64,000 nucleotides of DNA from Nitrospirota bacterium (GTDB taxonomy: Bacteria; Nitrospirota; UBA9217), in NCBI GenBank assembly GCA_963740085.1, contig CAVUCU010000003.1:96001-160000 (forward strand), read 5' to 3'. Below the pieces are notes generated by a model. The model was not told where the DNA came from, made no database searches, and saw nothing but the letters and a program-made list of their open reading frames with translations. Every line of letters starts with the position of its first letter. Within the stretch, counting starts at the first letter, position 1. Shown here in pieces: positions 19,165 through 27,220 of this stretch. The translations under genes were made by a program, and so were the position numbers.

Positions 19165-19315
19165 ATTTTCGTCGAAAAACGTCGAAGTCAAAAAACCACG
19201 GAGATTCACCCCGTTAGAAATAAGTATCTCGAACGGGGCAGGCGGAGACACGGAGGAAAACCCGGGCAAGTCGGTGCTGAAAAATCTTAACAGCCAACGC
19301 ATTCAGGCGGGACCG

Positions 19316-19936
19316 TTACCGCATGTTATCGGTACTCACTTGTTTCTTTCTCCGATGGTTCCAAACATACACAATGATGATCGTCACGCTCAGGGCCACT
19401 GCCCCGATGAGCGCCTGATGTGAATACTGCATGATCAACTCCCGCTCGGCGCCGATAAAATATCCGATGTACGAAAGCACCGTGACCCACAGCCCCGCAC
19501 CGAGCAGCGTGTAGAGAGAGAACTTCATATGGTTCATTCCCGCGAGACCCGCCGGAAGCGAGATCAGGTGGCGGACAACCGGCAGAAGTCTGCCGATGAA
19601 GGTAGACACCTCGCCGTGGTCCTTGAAGAACCGCTCGACCTTCGCGAACTTCGCTTCGGTGATCCAGACATACTTCCCGTATTTCAAAACAAGCGGTCTT
19701 CCCAGATAGTGCGCTGCATAGTAATTCGCGTAAGCGCCCACCAGACTTCCGGCGGCGCCGCTCAGGATAACGAGCGCCATGTTCATCTGCCCCTGCTGCG
19801 CCAGGTACCCGGCAGGAGGCATGATCAGCTCGCTCGGGACCGGGATGACCGAGCTCTCCATGGCCATCAGAAGAAAGATCCCGGGATAGCCGAGCGCCCC
19901 GATGGTGTTCACCAGCCATATCATGAGTTCGTGCAT
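19316..19936 (-). CDS. dedA: DedA family membrane protein
   Basis: ESSVIPVPSE..MPPAG and GRLLPVVRHLISLPAG motifs. Confidence 0.9.
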   Translation of the reverse strand: MHELMIWLVNTIGALGYPGIFLLMAMESSVIPVPSELIMPPAGYLAQQGQMNMALVILSGAAGSLVGAYANYYAAHYLGRPLVLKYGKYVWITEAKFAKVERFFKDHGEVSTFIGRLLPVVRHLISLPAGLAGMNHMKFSLYTLLGAGLWVTVLSYIGYFIGAERELIMQYSHQALIGAVALSVTIIIVYVWNHRRKKQVSTDNMR

Positions 19937-19977
19937 TTTTTCTCCTTGACAAGGACAAGCCGAAACAAAGAGGCTTC

Positions 19978-20085
19978 TCTCGCAGAGGCGCAGAGCTCGC
20001 AGAGAAAAGCATAAAAAAGTCCCAGCTTAAAACAAATTCATAAAAGGTTTTGATTTAACTCTGCGTTCTCTGCGCCTCCGCGAGA
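19978..20085. repeat. 9-mer-periodic imperfect palindrome
   Basis: TCTCGCAGAGG CGCAGAGCT CGCAGAG ... CTCTGCG TTCTCTGCG CCTCCGCGAGA. Confidence 0.8.
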
Positions 20086-20100
20086 AACCGTGTTCGCCCC

Positions 20101-21000
20101 TTATTCTTCTTTGAGTATCCCGAAATTCTTAAGCATGCCTTCGTCCTCGCGCCAGCCTTTCTTTACCTTCACGAAGATTTTCAGAAAGATCTTCGTTCCG
20201 AGCAGCTTCTCCGCATCGAGGCGGGCGAGCGTGCCGATCTGTTTCAGCATGCCCCCGCCCTTGCCGATGAGGATGCCCTTCTGCGAGTCCCGTTCCACGT
20301 AGATGACCGCATGGATGTGCGTGATGTCCGGTTCTTCCTTCATTTCCTCGATGACCACCGCCGTGGAATAGGGGATCTCCTCTTTCGTGAGCTCGAAGAT
20401 CTTTTCCCGGACGAGCTCGGACACAATGAATCGTTCCGGCTGGTCCGTAAGCTGGTCGTCGGGAAAGTATTTCGGCCCCTCGGGCATACGCTTCAAGACC
20501 GCCTCGACAAGACCGCCGAGGTCGTTCTTGAGCGCCGACACGGGGATGATCTCGGCGAAATTGTAAAGTTTGCTGTATTCCTGCATAAGCGGAAGAAGCG
20601 CCTCTTTTTGAATAAGGTCCACCTTGTTGATGAGAAGAAAGACCGGCGTCTTGACCTGAGACAGGGTCTCGATGATGAACTTGTCTCCTCCCCCGGGCTG
20701 TTCCGTGGCCTCGACGAGCATGAGGATCACGTCCACTTCGTTGTAAGTCTGGAGTGCGGTCTTCACCATGACCTCGTTCATCCGGTGCATGGGTTTGTGG
20801 ATGCCCGGCGTGTCCATGAACACCAGCTGCGCTCCCGGTTGGCTCACGATGCCGAGGATGCGGTTCCGCGTCGTCTGGGGTTTGTTCGAGATGATGGCGA
20901 TCTTCTCGCCGAGGAGTGAGTTCAGGAGAGTGGATTTGCCGACATTCGGTCTGCCGATGATGGAGATGAATCCGGACTTGAAGTCTTCTTTGTCAGTCAT
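20101..21000 (-). CDS. era: GTPase Era
   Basis: GRPNVGKST, QTTR, DTPG, NKVD and KH domain IGKGG. Confidence 0.97.
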   Translation of the reverse strand: MTDKEDFKSGFISIIGRPNVGKSTLLNSLLGEKIAIISNKPQTTRNRILGIVSQPGAQLVFMDTPGIHKPMHRMNEVMVKTALQTYNEVDVILMLVEATEQPGGGDKFIIETLSQVKTPVFLLINKVDLIQKEALLPLMQEYSKLYNFAEIIPVSALKNDLGGLVEAVLKRMPEGPKYFPDDQLTDQPERFIVSELVREKIFELTKEEIPYSTAVVIEEMKEEPDITHIHAVIYVERDSQKGILIGKGGGMLKQIGTLARLDAEKLLGTKIFLKIFVKVKKGWREDEGMLKNFGILKEE

Positions 21001-21297
21001 GGCTGGTAGAATACCCGAAATCGTTGGCCTTCGCAATAGAAAAGCCGGAGAAGGAGAAGCACATGGGAACAGATCCAGTGAATCAGGAGAAGGTTTTAAC
21101 CATACTTTCGTCTCATTGACTGCTGCGGAATCTTGTGTTACTTTCTCATTAAAAGGATGATCAAACCGTTAACATGAGAACAAATATATCTTTTCACGCA
21201 ATAACAGGGGCTCTCTTGAGGGATGCGCGCCTGAAGCAGCAAGGGTATATCGACGATCAAGCTGATTCCCATTACGAGCAAGAAGGAGGAAAATAGC

Positions 21298-21885
21298 ATG
21301 AAAAAGATGGTCATTGCAGGTTGTGTAATCCTGGGGTTATTCAGTCTTCTCCTGGTACCGGAAGCCCCGTTCGCCGCCGAACAAAAGTCGGCAGGCGGCA
21401 AAAAGGCGATGATCGCCAGAGGCTTGTATCTGGTGACTGTGGGGGGATGCAACGACTGTCACTCCCCTAAGAAAATGACCCCGAACGGCCCCGTGCCCGA
21501 CGGGATGCGGCTTCTTTCGGGACATCCAGCCAATGAAAAACTGCCCGAGGTTCCGCCAAATATAATCGGCCCGGACAAATGGGGCGCCATTACCAACAAC
21601 AACTTAACGGGCTGGGTCGGTCCCTGGGGTACAAGCTATAGTTCCAATCTTTCACCTGATCCGGAAACCGGGACAGGGGCCTGGAACGAAGAGTTGTTCA
21701 TCAGGATACTGCGCACCGGCAAGTTCATGGCCTCGGGGCGTGACATTTTACCTCCCATGCCCTGGTACGACTTTGCCAAATTGACGAACGCCGACCTGAA
21801 GGCGATCTTCGCCTATCTCAAGAGCCTCAAACCGGTCAAGAATCAGGTTCCCGCACCCGTTCTTGCCCCGCTTCCTCAGCGGTAG
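21298..21885 (+). CDS. periplasmic c-type cytochrome (single CxxCH)
   Basis: Signal peptide; RGLYLV...CNDCHSP; PPMPW distal Met; DLKAIFAYLKSL. Confidence 0.85.
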   Translation: MKKMVIAGCVILGLFSLLLVPEAPFAAEQKSAGGKKAMIARGLYLVTVGGCNDCHSPKKMTPNGPVPDGMRLLSGHPANEKLPEVPPNIIGPDKWGAITNNNLTGWVGPWGTSYSSNLSPDPETGTGAWNEELFIRILRTGKFMASGRDILPPMPWYDFAKLTNADLKAIFAYLKSLKPVKNQVPAPVLAPLPQR

Positions 21886-21903
21886 CGAGCGTCATGGTAG
21901 ATG

Positions 21904-21943
21904 AAAAAGAGGTCCGTCAGACAGCTCGCTGACGGACCTTTTT
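21904..21943 (+). terminator. intrinsic terminator
   Basis: AGGTCCGTCAG-N8-CTGACGGACCT followed by TTTT. Confidence 0.8.
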
Positions 21944-22181
21944 AATTTCAATGCGCCCTGCCTCGCGCCGGAAAGATGGCCCTCCTCATATTCATTCGGC
22001 TGGCGCACGTCCTCCTAGCAATATTACCGATAGCGGCACTCAGGAATGACTGCCGGGAGTGGTTATCAGCTGAGCTCAAAGTTTCTTACAGTTTTACAGT
22101 GCCATAGTGCCTCTGTCGCGTCCTTAACCACAAATTCCATTGACAATCACGTGTTATTCTCGGTATTATCATAATACACCT

Positions 22182-23180
22182 ATGACAACGATAAAGACCG
22201 ACATCAGCGCCCTTCGGGATAAGATCTTCAAGCTGAAAAATGACCTGAACGCCATCGTACTCGCGCACAATTACCAGCGTCCCGAGGTCCAGGACGTCGC
22301 CGACATGACGGGAGACTCGCTCGAGCTCTCGCGCACCGCGGCAAAAACAGAATGCGATATTATCGTGTTCTGCGGTGTGCACTTCATGGCCGAAAGCGCC
22401 TCGATCCTCTCTCCGGACAAGATCGTGCTCTTGCCCGAGATCGGCGCGGGCTGTCCCATGGCCGATATGGTCACGGTCAAGGGACCGCGCAAGACCCGGC
22501 GGGAGTTCTACACGGACAAGCTCGGGATCGCCTTCGAATTCGCCGATGAGTTCACCCTCCTGGACATGAAGAAGAAATATCCCGGGGTTCCCGTCGTGGC
22601 CTATGTGAACACGTCGGCCGCGGTCAAGGCGGAGAGCGATATCTGCTGTACTTCATCGAATGTCGTAAAGGTCGTTGAATCGCTGAAAGAAGATACCGTC
22701 ATCTGCATCCCGGACCGGAACCTCTCGGCCTATGCCGCCAAGCGAACGAAGAAGACGATCATCTCCTGGGACGGATTTTGCAACGTGCACCATGGTCATC
22801 TCGATATTGAGGACGTCAAAAAGGCGCGCGCCGCGCATCCTGACGCGGCCCTGGTCGTCCATCCCGAATGCGCGCCCGAGATACAGGACATGGCGGACCG
22901 GATCACGAGTACGTCGGGCATGCTCCGCTTTTGCAGGGAGTCGAACCACACGGAATTCATCATCGGCACTGAAGAAGGACTGCTCCACCGTCTCAGGAAA
23001 GAGAGCCCCGGCAAGAAGTTCTATATCGTTTCGAACGAGATGGTCTGCCCCAACATGAAGCGGACCAGGCTCGAGAGCGTGCTGACCGCAATGGAAAAAA
23101 TGCAGTACGTCATCAAAGTCCCCGAGGACATCCGCGTCCCGGCGAAGCGTGCGCTGGACAGGATGCTGGCAATACCGTGA
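22182..23180 (+). CDS. nadA: quinolinate synthase
   Basis: [27 protein letters not shown] and CPNMK motifs. Confidence 0.95.
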   Translation: MTTIKTDISALRDKIFKLKNDLNAIVLAHNYQRPEVQDVADMTGDSLELSRTAAKTECDIIVFCGVHFMAESASILSPDKIVLLPEIGAGCPMADMVTVKGPRKTRREFYTDKLGIAFEFADEFTLLDMKKKYPGVPVVAYVNTSAAVKAESDICCTSSNVVKVVESLKEDTVICIPDRNLSAYAAKRTKKTIISWDGFCNVHHGHLDIEDVKKARAAHPDAALVVHPECAPEIQDMADRITSTSGMLRFCRESNHTEFIIGTEEGLLHRLRKESPGKKFYIVSNEMVCPNMKRTRLESVLTAMEKMQYVIKVPEDIRVPAKRALDRMLAIP

Positions 23181-23183
23181 AAC

Positions 23184-23287
23184 AGTCAGGAGTTCGGAGT
23201 TCATAGTTCGGAGCGATAAAAACAGATACTCCAGACTCCAAACTTCCCACTCCCAACTCCGAACTCCGAACTAAACACCCCGAACTC
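23184..23287. repeat. 7-mer tandem-repeat hairpin filling the nadA-rmuC spacer
   Basis: (AGTTCGG)-like units on the left and (ACTCCGA)-like units on the right. Confidence 0.8.
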
Positions 23288-23289
23288 AT

Positions 23290-24390
23290 ATGCAAACAGC
23301 CATTCTCATATTGCTCACTGTCGTTCTTTTGGCGCTAATCTGGCTCGTGCTCATGTCCAGGAGAAAGACCGTCGACCCCGCCATGTCCCTGATGCAGCAG
23401 GAAGTGCAGTCGCTCCGCGGCCAGTTGACCGAGGCTATGCAGAGAAACCAGGAGATGGTGAACCATCAGCTCAATGAGGTCACGCTCCAGGTTAATTCGC
23501 AGTTGAACCAGGTCACCCAGCAGCTCCAGAGATCGACCGGTGACCTGAACAGCAGGCTGGACAATGCAGCCCGGGTCGTGCAGGAGGTGAGCAAGGGGCT
23601 GGGAGGTCTCTCCGAGGCGACGAAAAAGGTTTTCGACGTGGGGAAGGACATCGCAAGCCTGCAGGAGATCCTTCGCTCGCCCAAGCTTCGGGGCGGTCTC
23701 GGCGAGCTCTTTCTCGGCGACCTCCTGTCCCAGATATTCCCGCCGGCCCACTACACACTTCAGCACCGGTTCAAGAGCGGTGAGGCCGTGGACGCGGTCA
23801 TCAAGCTCGGCAGGAACCTCGTGCCGGTGGACGCCAAGTTCCCGCTCGAAAATTTCAAACGTGTTGTCGAGACGGCTACTGAGGATGAACGGAAAACCGC
23901 AAAGAAGAAGTTCATCGGCGACGTCAAGAAACATATCGACGCCATCTCAGGCAAGTATATTCTGCCCGACGAGGGCACCTTCGACTTCGCGCTCATGTAT
24001 ATCCCTGCCGAGAATGTGTACTACGAGCTCATCATCAGAGACGAGGCCGTTGACACTGAAAAGGGACTTTTGAACTACGCCTTTGCCAAACGGGTCGTCC
24101 CGGTCTCACCAAACAGTTTTTACGCCTATCTCCAGACAATACTTCTGGGCCTTAAGGGAATGCACATCGAAGAGCAGGCGCAGGAGATCCTGCGCAGCCT
24201 GGCAAGGCTTTCGGGTGATTTCCGGAAATTTCAGGAGGAATTTGATCTGGTGGGGAAGCATCTGACAAACACGAAGATGCGATATGACGAATCGGACAAA
24301 CGGCTTGCGAAATTCGGAGACAAACTGCAGTCGCTGACCGGGACCGAGGCCGGCCACGTGATCGAGGAAACAAAAAAGCTTCCGTTATAG
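23290..24390 (+). CDS. rmuC: DNA recombination protein RmuC
   Basis: N-terminal TM, coiled coil, RGGLGE, DAKFP, KYI.P..GTFDFA.MYIPAE. Confidence 0.9.
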   Translation: MQTAILILLTVVLLALIWLVLMSRRKTVDPAMSLMQQEVQSLRGQLTEAMQRNQEMVNHQLNEVTLQVNSQLNQVTQQLQRSTGDLNSRLDNAARVVQEVSKGLGGLSEATKKVFDVGKDIASLQEILRSPKLRGGLGELFLGDLLSQIFPPAHYTLQHRFKSGEAVDAVIKLGRNLVPVDAKFPLENFKRVVETATEDERKTAKKKFIGDVKKHIDAISGKYILPDEGTFDFALMYIPAENVYYELIIRDEAVDTEKGLLNYAFAKRVVPVSPNSFYAYLQTILLGLKGMHIEEQAQEILRSLARLSGDFRKFQEEFDLVGKHLTNTKMRYDESDKRLAKFGDKLQSLTGTEAGHVIEETKKLPL

Positions 24391-24435
24391 GGGACGCCCG
24401 CCCGGAAGGGACCTGACCCTGTTGTTTCTCGTCCT

Positions 24436-24831
24436 CTATTGTGCTTCTATCCATTCAAGAGCATCCCGATAGCTCCTGAAAACACTCACCTCCTTTAAGC
24501 CGCTCGGCACAAGGCTCCGATATGTCTCGTACATTCGTCCCAAACCAAATGCCAATGGACTGTTCACAACAATCGCGAGCTTCGTTTTGACTCCCTGACG
24601 ATCAGTACTAGTTGCGAGGCGAGCAAGCTTCATAATGCCCTGGGTGCTCAACGAATAACTACTCGCCTGGCTGAAATCTACAATTTCGTTGTAGGAGAAA
24701 TAATTGGATTGGTTTTTTATGTCTCGTTGGTACTTCGTGAGGGCATCGATAAGTTCGTTGTCAACTGCCTCGCCAAACCAGATCGTGGTAATAAGTCTGG
24801 CGTTATGATCTATTTTATGCTGTGCCGGCAT
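24436..24831 (-). CDS. hypothetical protein (STAS/SEC14-like pattern)
   Basis: KLAIVV...AFGLGRMY...VF....DALEW; lower GC than the flanks. Confidence 0.65.
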   Translation of the reverse strand: MPAQHKIDHNARLITTIWFGEAVDNELIDALTKYQRDIKNQSNYFSYNEIVDFSQASSYSLSTQGIMKLARLATSTDRQGVKTKLAIVVNSPLAFGLGRMYETYRSLVPSGLKEVSVFRSYRDALEWIEAQ

Positions 24832-25119
24832 GGTTCACTTTACCTGCTAGAGCCGAGTTGAGCCGATTGTCGGCTCGAACGTTGGACTCATTGTTTTGAG
24901 TTCACCAACCCCCGATAGTCTTTCCATAGCTTGATTAGCATAATATCGTTAGATTGCCTCAATCATTTTCGCGTTACCGGATGCCCTGACCAGCGGAGAG
25001 TGAGGAAGGCTATTGGCTGCCGGTTTCACGAGAACCGAGGATCTGCTCGCCTGGTTCCCCTTTTCTTCCCGAACACGTCATAGCTCTTCATTCCGCATTC
25101 CTCTTCACGCAATATCGAT

Positions 25120-26940
25120 TTACATCTCCACCCTGGTCACCACGCCGTGGAGCTTGTTGTACGGGAGTTTGTAGAATTGGACGATGTTCGGGGTAAGACG
25201 CTTGATGATCGCGAAAAGCTGCCAGATGACATTGCTCGGCAGGATGTCCTCGACGCCGTAAAAGATCGTCTTCTCGTGGATCCCCGCCTCGCGCAGGATC
25301 TCCTCGACATCAGGTACCTCCATGTAGCCGGTCTGTATCTCGAAGGACCGGAGCCCGGGGGCCAGGCTTTCCTTGAAGAACCCCGTGGTGCCGAAGGGGT
25401 CCTCACGCTTGACGATGGAGATTATGATATTGTCCTCATAAATGATGTTGTTCTTGAATATGGTATGCACGACGTAGGGGGGGACCTCCTTCGCGTCCCT
25501 CGCGAAAAAGAGCGCGGTCCCCTTGATCCTGCTCATGGTCTGATAGATCTGCGTGTAGCTCGGCAGGAAGACGTCGATCGGCAGCGGCTGGAGCACATTG
25601 TAGAGCTTCCGCTGGCCCCTGCGGTAGACCATGATGATCAGGAACGGTATTGCAGCGATGATGATCGACCAGTATCCGCCATGGGGGATCTTATAGGTGT
25701 TGGAAATGAAATATGTCAGGCAGACGAAGGTCACGACCACCGAGAGCGCCGCGTGTCCGAACCTTCTCTTGAGATAGAAGATCCAGGTCATGAAGATGCC
25801 GGTAAGGGTCATGGTGCCGGTGACCGCAAGGCCGTAGGCGGCCGCCAGCCTGCTGGACTCCCGGAACTCCATGATGATAAAAAGCACCGAGAAAAGCAGG
25901 AACCAGTTCACAAAACCGATATAGATCTGGGAATGACGCTCCTCGGACGTGTAGTCCACCTTGAACATGGGCATGATGCGTGTGGTGATGCCCTGGTAAA
26001 CGATCGAGAACATGCCGCTTATCATGGCCTGAGACGCGATGACCGTGGCAATGATCGAGAGAAGCAGGAACGGGATGTAGAGGAAGTGCGCCTGATGATT
26101 CACCATCTCGAACAGCACGTTCCTGGCCTCGGGATGCCCGATGAGGAACGCCCCCTGACCGATATAGTTGAGTACCAGGGCGAAGAACACAAAATACCAG
26201 GCCCGCACGATCGGCTCGCGGCCCAGATGCCCCATGTCAGCGTAGAGAGCCTCGCCGCCCGTGGCGCACAGAATGACCTCGGAGAGTACGAAGAACCCGG
26301 CGATCCCGTGTTGGGCCATGAACTTGAAGGCATAGTAGGGATTCACCGCCTTGACCACCGAAGGCATAGTAAAGATCGAAGCAATGCCGGACAGCGTCAG
26401 GGCTGCAAACCACAGAATCATGAGCGGCCCGAAGGCCCCGGCGACCCGCTCGGTCCCCTTCTTCTGGAACGAGAAGAGCAGAATGGCGATGGCGCCGGCG
26501 ATGATGACGAGGGAGGTCTGGGCCGTTCCCTCAAACCCCTTGATCAGAAGCATGCCCTCCACGGCGCTCAGGATGCTGATGGCCGGCGTGATCACGCCAT
26601 CGCCGATGATGAGCGAAATGCCAATGAACGAAAGCAGGGTGACGACCGCGGCCTGCCTGCCCGATTTGAGAAGCGGGACCAGCAGTTCCCTGAGCACGAT
26701 GGTACCGCCTTCGCCGCGTTTGCCGAGGCTCATGGCCAGCCAGGCGTATTCCACGGTCACCAGGATGACGAGCGTCCAGACAATGAGGGACAGGACGCCT
26801 ATCACGTTGTCCTCGGTCCGCACGATCGTCGGCAAGAGAAAAATGACCGTAAGCGTGTAGATCGGGCTCGTGCCGATATCGCCGAACACGAGTCCGAGAG
26901 ACTTTATGATTCCTTTGGCTGGGGACACTTTGTCAGGCAT
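25120..26940 (-). CDS. kup: KUP/HAK/KT potassium transporter
   Basis: LGLVFGDIGTSPIY, GEGG, DGVITPAIS and EALYADMGH motifs. Confidence 0.95.
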   Translation of the reverse strand: MPDKVSPAKGIIKSLGLVFGDIGTSPIYTLTVIFLLPTIVRTEDNVIGVLSLIVWTLVILVTVEYAWLAMSLGKRGEGGTIVLRELLVPLLKSGRQAAVVTLLSFIGISLIIGDGVITPAISILSAVEGMLLIKGFEGTAQTSLVIIAGAIAILLFSFQKKGTERVAGAFGPLMILWFAALTLSGIASIFTMPSVVKAVNPYYAFKFMAQHGIAGFFVLSEVILCATGGEALYADMGHLGREPIVRAWYFVFFALVLNYIGQGAFLIGHPEARNVLFEMVNHQAHFLYIPFLLLSIIATVIASQAMISGMFSIVYQGITTRIMPMFKVDYTSEERHSQIYIGFVNWFLLFSVLFIIMEFRESSRLAAAYGLAVTGTMTLTGIFMTWIFYLKRRFGHAALSVVVTFVCLTYFISNTYKIPHGGYWSIIIAAIPFLIIMVYRRGQRKLYNVLQPLPIDVFLPSYTQIYQTMSRIKGTALFFARDAKEVPPYVVHTIFKNNIIYEDNIIISIVKREDPFGTTGFFKESLAPGLRSFEIQTGYMEVPDVEEILREAGIHEKTIFYGVEDILPSNVIWQLFAIIKRLTPNIVQFYKLPYNKLHGVVTRVEM

Positions 26941-27220
26941 ACGTAAGATGAGGTTTAGTAATCACGCGGCAGTGCAGAGTTACTGCGGGAAAATCATAAT
27001 ACAGTTCATGTAAAAAAGCAAGGTGAATAAAAAGAACCAGTGACCGCAATTGATTGTTGTTTTGTAAAAAAAGGTTCCAGATAAAATCCTCGGAAATGAC
27101 AATAATGATAAGCGAACGTGTAACCTCCCTGAACGATCCTGCCGGGATATGGCGCTCTTCCTGCAGGAGCTACTTGGACCAAGGGGATGCACCCACAAAG
27201 AAAATATCTGCTCAAGAGGC

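Noticed and set aside
24836-24890. attC-like site before the low-GC gene at 24436-24831
   Set aside because: GTCCAAC and a small hairpin are present, but there is no matching GTTRRRY end and no integrase.
25147-26946. Long antisense ORFs (599 aa here; also 5511-6761 and 38915-40219)
   Set aside because: They are shadows of well-supported genes on the opposite strand, expected from high-GC codon bias.
26941-27220. Possible c-di-AMP riboswitch or 6S-like RNA upstream of kup
   Set aside because: A GC-rich patch at 27110-27195 has short 6S-like words, but the spacing is too short and I could not find the ydaO consensus. It needs an Rfam/Infernal search.
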